Origin: Longimicrobiales bacterium
GTDB taxonomy: Bacteria; Gemmatimonadota; Gemmatimonadetes; Longimicrobiales; Gaopeijiaceae
Length of the DNA stretch: 64,000 nucleotides
Assembly: GCA_965218295.1 (NCBI GenBank)
Contig: CBDCKN010000017.1
Span: 64,001-128,000, forward strand
Direction of reading: 5' to 3'
Below the pieces are notes generated by a model that had not been told where the DNA came from, ran no database searches, and saw only the letters and a program-made list of their open reading frames with translations. The position numbers and the translations under genes are program-made. Each line of letters begins with the position of its first letter. The stretch's first letter is position 1. Positions 57,234-64,000 of the stretch are shown in pieces.

Positions 57234-58691
57234 TTACATGTAGTAGTTCGGGGCTTCCCGAGTGATGGTGACATCGTGGGGGTGCGATTCCCGGAGCCCG
57301 CCGGGGGTCACGCATACGAACGTGGCCTTCTCTCTCAGCTCCTCGAGGCTCGCCGCCCCACAATAGCCCATTCCGCTCTGGAGTCCCCCCACGAGCTGGA
57401 AGACCGTGTCGGACATAGGGCCCTTGTAAGGCACCCGGGCCTCGATGCCCTCGGGAACCAGCTTCTGCCCCTCCGTCTCCGGATCCTGGAAATAGCGGTC
57501 CGCCGATCCCTCCTGCATCGCGGAAAGCGAGCCCATGCCTCGGACGGTCTTGAAGCGCCGGCCCTCCATGAGGAAGCTCTCGCCCGGCGATTCCTCGGTC
57601 CCGGCGAACATGGACCCCATCATCACCGACTCGGCTCCTGCAGCCAGCGCCTTGACCATGTCACCGGAGTAGCGGATACCGCCGTCGGCGATAATCGGAA
57701 TCTCACCCTGAACGCCCTCGACGGCGTCCATGATGGCGGTGAGCTGCGGCAGCCCCACCCCGGTGACTACCCGAGTCGTACAGATCGATCCCGGGCCGAC
57801 TCCGACCTTGATGGCGTCCGCGCCCCTTTCCAGAAGAGCGGCGGCTCCCTCGGTCGTCCCGACATTGCCCGCCACGATCTGTGCGTCGGGGAACCTCTCC
57901 CGGGTACGAGCCACAGCCTGGAGCACGCCCTCCGAGTGGCCATGGGCGGTATCGACCACCAGCACGTCGACGCCGGCCGCCACGAGCTCCGCCGCACGGT
58001 CCAGGTCCCTGTGGGATGCGCCGATGGCTGCCCCGACGCGGAGACGCCCGTGCTCGTCCTTGCAGGCGTCCGGGAACAGCCGCCGCTTGAAGATGTCCTT
58101 CACGGTGATCAACCCCTTGAGGACCCCATCCGCGTCGACCACCGGGAGCTTCTCGATGCGATGCTCGTGAAGGACCCGCTCCGCGTCCTCGAGGGTCGTG
58201 CCTTCTGGAGCCGTCACCAGCCCATCCACCGTCATGACCTCACGGATCGTGCGATCCAGGTCGGTTTCGAACTGCAGGTCGCGGTTGGTGACGATCCCGA
58301 TCAGGCGACCCCCGTCCTCGATGATGGGCACTCCCGAGATGGAGAAGCGAGCCATGAGCCCGCGGGCGTCGCGCAGCGTCTTCTCTGGAGGCAGCGTGAT
58401 GGGATCCAGGATCATGCCGCTCTCGGAGCGCTTGACCCGGTCGACCTCCTCGGCCTGGCGGTCGATGGACAGGTTCTTATGGATGACCCCGAGCCCCCCC
58501 TGCCGAGCGATGGCGATGGCCATGCCCGACTCCGTCACCGTATCCATGGCAGCCGTGAGGAGTGGGATGTGGAGCTCGATCTGCTTCGTCAGGGAAGACT
58601 TGACCGAGGTGTCCTTCGGGTGCACGGTCGAATGCCCGGGCACCAGGAGCACGTCATCGAACGTCAGGGATTCCTTGACTATCACCGCCAT
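57234..58691 (-). CDS. guaB: IMP dehydrogenase
   Basis: [20 protein letters not shown] pair, [43 protein letters not shown]. Confidence 0.98.
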   Translation of the reverse strand: MAVIVKESLTFDDVLLVPGHSTVHPKDTSVKSSLTKQIELHIPLLTAAMDTVTESGMAIAIARQGGLGVIHKNLSIDRQAEEVDRVKRSESGMILDPITLPPEKTLRDARGLMARFSISGVPIIEDGGRLIGIVTNRDLQFETDLDRTIREVMTVDGLVTAPEGTTLEDAERVLHEHRIEKLPVVDADGVLKGLITVKDIFKRRLFPDACKDEHGRLRVGAAIGASHRDLDRAAELVAAGVDVLVVDTAHGHSEGVLQAVARTRERFPDAQIVAGNVGTTEGAAALLERGADAIKVGVGPGSICTTRVVTGVGLPQLTAIMDAVEGVQGEIPIIADGGIRYSGDMVKALAAGAESVMMGSMFAGTEESPGESFLMEGRRFKTVRGMGSLSAMQEGSADRYFQDPETEGQKLVPEGIEARVPYKGPMSDTVFQLVGGLQSGMGYCGAASLEELREKATFVCVTPGGLRESHPHDVTITREAPNYYM

Positions 58692-58715
58692 GAGGCCATT
58701 CCGATCACCCATAAA

Positions 58716-58809
58716 CGAGACGCCCGCCCACCCAGAATCTCCGGCTGAGACCCTCGGCGAACAGGCGCTTTATTGGTCACCATGGAAGATCTTACCTGAA
58801 GGCGTCTCG
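58716..58809 (-). other. Structured intergenic segment (candidate 5' leader RNA of guaB)
   Basis: Perfect 9-bp closing stem CGAGACGCC/GGCGTCTCG with two internal potential stems. Confidence 0.35.
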
Positions 58810-58814
58810 GGGTG

Positions 58815-59204
58815 TCAACCCTCCTCTTCCGGAGGGTCGCTGGACTCTCCGCCCTCGTCGTTTTTCGATTCATCGAGGCTCGGGACGTCGGGCAGGGAGG
58901 GCTCTCCGAGGGACGGCGTCAACTCCTCCATGAGCTGCTTGCCGGCCGATGACACGGTGGAGAGGACACGGTCGGCAGCGGAGATGAGCTGAAAGGCCTC
59001 CCGTAGCGTCGCGGGACTCATGGCCTTCTTCCGGAGCTTGTCCTCCATGGCCTCCGCGAATCTCTGGAGACCCGACGCTTCCTGGGCGATGTCGGTGGCG
59101 TACTTGCTCTCGAGGAACTCGATGTAGTCGAGGATCTGATAGACCTGCTCCTCGGGCAGGCTCTCGATCTTTCGCATGAGGCGCTGCCGGAGTACGTCGT
59201 GCAT
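58815..59204 (-). CDS. DUF2281-like hypothetical protein
   Basis: KIESLPEEQVYQILDYIEFLESKY N-terminal motif; acidic tail. Confidence 0.6.
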   Translation of the reverse strand: MHDVLRQRLMRKIESLPEEQVYQILDYIEFLESKYATDIAQEASGLQRFAEAMEDKLRKKAMSPATLREAFQLISAADRVLSTVSSAGKQLMEELTPSLGEPSLPDVPSLDESKNDEGGESSDPPEEEG

Positions 59205-59365
59205 GACCGTTATTCCCGAGTTGGTTGCAGGTCCCGGTGAAAAGGGGCTTCGAGCAAGTTAACACAGGCCCCGGGGAGGAAGCGACGGCTTTGCAGGGCC
59301 GATCGAGGCCAATATCGTGCACCCCCGTTCCGGAACTCCCCCATCCCTACGGGGCTAGAGGCCGC

Positions 59366-60190
59366 ATGGTTTTTCTCCCCAACCGCAAAGTCGACATCGA
59401 TGCCCACGCGAGTCGTCTCTACGACGCCTGGCTCGGATCCATCGAGGAGCGCCTAGAAGACCCCTCCTGCGATCGCTACGAGCTTTGCCGGACGGTCCTG
59501 ACGGAGATCCATTACCCGGATCTGGCCGGTGTCGATCCCGAGACCCTTCCCCCTTCGACTCAAGTCCTTCTGGCGCAGATGGACGCCCGGAGCGTCACCC
59601 TGGAGCCCGAGTACTACGCCGAGACCGACCTGGAGCGCTACGCTCGGGTGAAGCCCCTCATCTGGCTCTGGGAGGGGTTCGACAGGAGCGCCCTGGGCGA
59701 GAACGTCTACCTGGGGGTCAAGTTCCGGAGGATCCTCGCGCAGCGCATCTTCCGGAGCTGCGGAAGGAACTTCAAGGCCTTTCACCACGTGAAGCTCTCC
59801 TTCGGCTACAACCTCGAAGTGGGAGACGGCGTCGTGGTACACCGCCACGTGCTCCTGGACGACCGGGGCGGAATCCGGCTCGGGAATGGCGCCTCCGTCT
59901 CGGACTTCGCCAACATCTACAGCCACTCCCACGACGTGGTGGAGGTCAGGGACATCACCACTCCCGTGACCGTCATCGGGGATGGCGTCCGGATCACCTA
60001 CCACGCCACCGTGATGTCGGGGGTCCATCTCGCCGACGGCACCATGCTCGGGTCGTTCGGGATGGCCACCCGGGACACGGACCCCCACACCATCTACGCG
60101 GGGATCCCGGCAAAGAAGATCAATGACAAGCCGGTTCGCGAGCGGCCGCCAGCCACGCCCGATCCCCTTGCCGACGATCCGGACGAGTAG
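59366..60190 (+). CDS. Hexapeptide-repeat (left-handed beta-helix) acyltransferase
   Basis: NLEVGDGVVVHRHVLLDDRGGIRLGNG, TVIGDGVRI, YAGIPAK. Confidence 0.85.
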   Translation: MVFLPNRKVDIDAHASRLYDAWLGSIEERLEDPSCDRYELCRTVLTEIHYPDLAGVDPETLPPSTQVLLAQMDARSVTLEPEYYAETDLERYARVKPLIWLWEGFDRSALGENVYLGVKFRRILAQRIFRSCGRNFKAFHHVKLSFGYNLEVGDGVVVHRHVLLDDRGGIRLGNGASVSDFANIYSHSHDVVEVRDITTPVTVIGDGVRITYHATVMSGVHLADGTMLGSFGMATRDTDPHTIYAGIPAKKINDKPVRERPPATPDPLADDPDE

Positions 60191-60277
60191 GCAATCCCCC
60201 GCGGAGGTCGCGAGGCCAGCCGGGGATGACCTCGGAACGGGTACCGGCGACTCCGGATTCTGACGAGTCCCGAAGGC

Positions 60278-62236
60278 TTATCCCTCTTCGGCCTCGTACT
60301 GCTTCTGCAGCCGCTCCACAACCGCCGGTTCGGCCAACGTCGTGGTGTCGCCCAGAGCATGGCCTTCTGCCACGTCCTTCAGCAGACGTCGCATGATCTT
60401 GCCTGATCTGGTCTTGGGCAGGTCCGCGGTGAAGACGATGATCTCGGGACGGGCGATGGCCCCGATCTTCTCGACTACGTGGCCCTTCAGCTCGCCTTCG
60501 AGCTCGTCGCTGCCGTTAAGGCCCTGCTTGAGCGTCACGAAGGCGGCGATGGCCTGACCCTTCACGTCGTGCGACTTGCCGACGACGGCCGCTTCGACCA
60601 CGGCCTCGTGGTCGACGAGCGCGCTCTCCACCTCCATAGTCCCGATTCGATGGCCGGCCACGTTGAGCACGTCGTCCACGCGGCCCAGAATCCAGAGGTA
60701 TCCGTCGTCGTCGAGCTTGGCGCCGTCGCCGGGGAAGTAGATCCCGTCCCACTTGGACCAGTACGTCGCGCGGTACCGCTCCTCGTCACCGTAGATGGTG
60801 CGCAGCATGGCGGGCCATGGCTCCGTGATGGCGAGGAAGCCGGCCTTCACCTCGTTGCCGTCATCGTCGAGAATGGTGGCCGAGATGCCGGGGAAGGGCT
60901 CGGTGGCGCTGCCCGGGCGGGTCTCGGTCACAGCGGGGAGGGGTGTAATCATGATGGCCCCCGTCTCGGTCTGCCACCACGTGTCGACGATGGGGCACTG
61001 CTCGCCTCCGATCACCTCGCGATACCACATCCAGGCTTCGGGGTTGATGGGCTCCCCCACAGTCCCCAGGAGCCTCAGCTTGGACAGGTCGTGCTTTGCC
61101 GGCCACTCGTCACCCCACTTCATGAAGGCGCGGATGGCCGTGGGTGCCGTGTAGAAGACCGTGACTCCGTACTTGGCACACAGCTCCCAGAATCGGTCGT
61201 TCTCCGGCCAGTTGGGGGCCCCTTCGTACATGAGGGCCGTAGCGCCGTTCGCCAGTGGCCCGTAGACGATGTAGCTGTGCCCCGTGACCCAGCCCACGTC
61301 GGCCGTGCACCAGTAGACGTCGTCCTCCCTGAGATCGAAGACGCACTTGGTCGTGGCGTACACTTGCGTGAGGTAGCCACCCGTGGTGTGGACCACACCC
61401 TTCGGCTTGCCGGTGGTCCCCGACGTATACAGGATGTAGAGCAGGTCCTCCGCATCCATGATCTCGGGCGGACAGTTGGCGCCGGCATCGGCGACGAGCT
61501 CGTGATACCAGTGGTCCCGGCCCTCTTCCATATGCGCGTCGACCTCGGCGGTGAGTCCTGCGCCACGGGCCACGACCACCACGCTCTCAATGGTCGGGCA
61601 CGACTCGACGGCCTTGTCGGAGTTGACCTTGAGGGGCACGATCCCACCTCGTCGGTAGCCTCCGTCGGCGGTGATGAGCACCTTCGCCTCGGCGTCGTTG
61701 ATCCGGTCTGCCAGGGACTCCGGGCTGAAGCCGCCAAAGACCACCGAATGGGGGGCTCCGATCCGCGAGCACGCCAGCATGGCGATGGCCGCCTCCGGGA
61801 TCATGGGCAGGTAGATGGCCACCCGATCGCCCTTCCCAACCCCCAGGCCCTTCAGAGCGTTGGCGAACTGGCACACCTCCCGGTGCAGGCTCCAGTAGGT
61901 GTAGACTCGGGTGTCGCCGGGTTCTCCCTCCCAGATCAGGGCCGCCTTGTTACGACGAGGGCCGTCCAGGTGGCGGTCCAGACAGTTATGGGAGACGTTG
62001 AGCTTTCCGCCCACGAACCACTTCGCGTGGGGCGGATCCCATTCGAGAACCGTGTGCCACTTCTCGAACCAATCCAACTCCTCCGCCCAGGACTCCCAGA
62101 ACGCCTGACGATCGTCGGCGGCCTGATCGTAGGGTCGTCGATCCTCCACGACCGCCCCTCCCTTGAAGTGCTTCGGTGGGGGAAAGCGACGTTCTTCCGT
62201 CAGGAGTACATCGAGAATTCCGCCTTCGGCACTCAT
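60278..62236 (-). CDS. acs: Acetyl-CoA synthetase
   Basis: [60 protein letters not shown]. Confidence 0.97.
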   Translation of the reverse strand: MSAEGGILDVLLTEERRFPPPKHFKGGAVVEDRRPYDQAADDRQAFWESWAEELDWFEKWHTVLEWDPPHAKWFVGGKLNVSHNCLDRHLDGPRRNKAALIWEGEPGDTRVYTYWSLHREVCQFANALKGLGVGKGDRVAIYLPMIPEAAIAMLACSRIGAPHSVVFGGFSPESLADRINDAEAKVLITADGGYRRGGIVPLKVNSDKAVESCPTIESVVVVARGAGLTAEVDAHMEEGRDHWYHELVADAGANCPPEIMDAEDLLYILYTSGTTGKPKGVVHTTGGYLTQVYATTKCVFDLREDDVYWCTADVGWVTGHSYIVYGPLANGATALMYEGAPNWPENDRFWELCAKYGVTVFYTAPTAIRAFMKWGDEWPAKHDLSKLRLLGTVGEPINPEAWMWYREVIGGEQCPIVDTWWQTETGAIMITPLPAVTETRPGSATEPFPGISATILDDDGNEVKAGFLAITEPWPAMLRTIYGDEERYRATYWSKWDGIYFPGDGAKLDDDGYLWILGRVDDVLNVAGHRIGTMEVESALVDHEAVVEAAVVGKSHDVKGQAIAAFVTLKQGLNGSDELEGELKGHVVEKIGAIARPEIIVFTADLPKTRSGKIMRRLLKDVAEGHALGDTTTLAEPAVVERLQKQYEAEEG

Positions 62237-62373
62237 TCAGCTACCTCCAAGCGTAGGGACGATTCGATCGGCGTGTCGGATCCGGGGCGGCAGGGAAAAG
62301 GTCCGACCGGCGTCGGAGCGTGAGATTAGGGGAGTGTTGTAGAGTCGGGCAAGCGTTCCGCGGACGTGTTCGG

Positions 62374-62934
62374 CTAGCCACCGCCGTCGTGAAGCAGCCT
62401 GAATTCCTCTCGAGCCATGGCCCGTTCGAACGCCGCCACGGCGGCGGACGCCAGAGCCGAGACGGCATTCGCCCCGGCCCTCATTGCCTTGGCGGGAATT
62501 CGGAGCTTGAGGCGAACCTCACTCTCGGCCTGGTCGGGATCCTGGTCCGGTCCGTTGAGGCGAAGGCGAACGGTGAGGGGGGTCCGATACCCTTCGGGCA
62601 TGCACTCCTCAGTCATGCGGGCGAGAGAGGTCAGGAGTTCCTTCATGGGCCCGAGGCTGGCCAGCTCCGGGCCTTCCACGACCAGTGCCAGATTGCCCTT
62701 CAGACCCTTCGAGGTCTCGTCCAGGAACACATCGATGCTCACGAAATCGGGGGCTCGCTCGTTGTGGAAGAAGAGGTAGGCGCTCCTTGAGGTCTCCCCT
62801 TCCCACCGTCCCTCGAACTGGTGACTCGTCGTCTTCTGTAGACCCGACAGTTCCCAGCCTGCCCTCGATACCCCATCCTGAACGGCTTCGATGAGCGGCT
62901 CCAGGGTCAGAAGTGGCTCACTCGTCGTCGTCAT
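62374..62934 (-). CDS. Hypothetical protein (186 aa)
   Basis: Protein-like composition (GWELSGLQKTTSHQFEGRW, RSAYLFFH) filling the gap between acs and fur. Confidence 0.65.
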   Translation of the reverse strand: MTTTSEPLLTLEPLIEAVQDGVSRAGWELSGLQKTTSHQFEGRWEGETSRSAYLFFHNERAPDFVSIDVFLDETSKGLKGNLALVVEGPELASLGPMKELLTSLARMTEECMPEGYRTPLTVRLRLNGPDQDPDQAESEVRLKLRIPAKAMRAGANAVSALASAAVAAFERAMAREEFRLLHDGGG

Positions 62935-62969
62935 GGATCAACACCGAGGTTCAAGGGTATGGCGGCAAC

Positions 62970-63440
62970 ATGTCCAGAGCATCCAAGTTCAGCGACCAGA
63001 TCCTCCGTGAGGCACTCGAGGCACGGGGGCATCGCTTCACCGATCAGCGCGCGGCGGTCTATCGGCTTCTCGCTCATACCACCGTCCACCCCACGGCGGA
63101 CGAAGTGTTTCTCGGCGTGAGGGACGAGGTGCCCGGAATCTCGCTGGCCACCGTGTACAAGAGCCTCGAGACTCTCGTGTCGTGCGATCTCACCAGCAAG
63201 CTCAGTCATGCCGACGGGTCGGCTCGCTACGACGGGAGGACCGATCCTCACCACCATGCCAGGTGTCTCGCCTGTGGATCCGTGTTCGACGTCCCGGGCC
63301 AGCTCCGTGACTCCGAGCTCTCCCACGTCCGGTCGGAGGCCAATGGCTTCCACGTCACCGGGTATCAGCTGGAGCTCACGGGATACTGCCCGGAGTGCGC
63401 TCAGAAGATAGATGGCGAGGCGGCCGCCGCCGTCGGCTGA
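62970..63440 (+). CDS. Fur/PerR family transcriptional regulator
   Basis: RFTDQR, HPTADEV, SLATVYKSL, ARYD..HHHARCLACG, GYCPEC. Confidence 0.93.
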   Translation: MSRASKFSDQILREALEARGHRFTDQRAAVYRLLAHTTVHPTADEVFLGVRDEVPGISLATVYKSLETLVSCDLTSKLSHADGSARYDGRTDPHHHARCLACGSVFDVPGQLRDSELSHVRSEANGFHVTGYQLELTGYCPECAQKIDGEAAAAVG

Positions 63441-63750
63441 AGATATTACCCTGGGCGTGCTCGCTCGGCTCCCAGCCCTCAGGGGTGAGATTCTCCTGGA
63501 CGATCTTTCCCTCGCCCCCTACGGCACCGCATCCGGACCCGTAAGCATCTCGCCGAACGCTGAACAAGGAGACGGGCGCATTCGGGCACCGCTTCTCGAG
63601 CGGATCTGGAGGCCCTCCCTGACTGGAGCCTTTCGTGGGATCAAGGACTCTCTCGATCCTACAGGCATTCTCAATCCCGGTGTGATCCTGCCACTTCCCG
63701 GCCAGGACCCACTGGAGGGGTTGTGGCCCCGGTACGGCGGGGCGTCGTGA
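63412..63750 (+). pseudogene. Internally deleted FAD-linked oxidase (GlcD/D-lactate dehydrogenase-like) remnant
   Basis: N-terminal-like LRGEILLDDLSLAPYGTASG joined directly to C-terminal motifs AEQGDGRIRA and IKDSLDPTGILNPG; only 112 aa. Confidence 0.65.
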
Positions 63751-64000
63751 CGAGCCCTCGTGCCTTGTTGCTGGGCCTCGGCGCCCTGCTGATCACGTCC
63801 GCGCTCTGGAGGCCCGGCGCATCGGTAGGCGCCGACTCCATGACGTCGTCAGACCAACAGAGCCCCCCGGAGGAGAGCACTCCACCCCCACGGCCGCCCG
63901 GCCCCGAGGTCGAGGCGCTCCGCCGCGACCTGTCCGGATTCCTGGACGGCACGCGGCTGCGATCCGCGGAGTGGAGCGTTCTCGTCGTCTCGCTCGATCG
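63747..64000 (+). CDS. dacB: Probable D-alanyl-D-alanine carboxypeptidase/endopeptidase (PBP4), 5' part, truncated by window
   Basis: GTGA overlap; signal peptide, Pro-rich linker, LRRDLSGFL..AEWSVLVVSLDR resembling the DacB N-terminus. Confidence 0.5.
   Translation, partial: MTSPRALLLGLGALLITSALWRPGASVGADSMTSSDQQSPPEESTPPPRPPGPEVEALRRDLSGFLDGTRLRSAEWSVLVVSLD

Noticed and set aside
58716..58809. ZTP riboswitch or SRP RNA (GGCGAACAGG and CGCCCGCC words)
   Set aside because: The words lie antisense to guaB and in the wrong order; the SRP GGAAGGAAGCAGC-type motif is absent
1..64000. CRISPR array, tRNA/rRNA, prophage, transposase or recognisable defence system
   Set aside because: No regularly spaced repeats, cloverleaf, integrase/transposase or known defence domains found by eye; dedicated scans were not run

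Overview
High-GC bacterial chromosomal window, densely coding (about 58 genes). Gene content and order look like Gemmatimonadota (Longimicrobiales-like); this is an inference. It contains: the tail of an arsenosugar/rSAM-associated cluster (MerA-like flavoprotein, DedA-DUF547 fusion, TIGR04283-TIGR04282 fusion); a sigma54-preceded outer-membrane protein; a cytochrome c maturation operon of the System I* type (CcmE with CxxxY); a housekeeping run (glpK, maf, dtd, glmS, glmM, metB-like, M48 peptidase, purD, mutM, ubiE/menG); an ECF sigma/double zinc-finger anti-sigma envelope-stress operon whose promoter motif can be read at 3-4 sites; mrp/nifU; a frameshifted orphan wzc; pruA; a lepA-GT2-PfkB-STAS/GHKL-STAS operon; a DUF4384 protein with a CxxCH motif; DUF58/BatA; mfd-PPIase-surA-pdxA-ftsEX-envC-holB-moaC; guaB, acs, a Fur-family regulator and the start of dacB. 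The intergenic spaces hold non-autonomous TA/CTAG-targeting MITEs (two families, with one nested remnant and one collapsed copy). Several pseudogenes and substitutions at normally conserved residues suggest gene decay or assembly noise. No rRNA, tRNA, CRISPR array, prophage or transposase was seen. All family assignments come from motif recognition, not from database searches.
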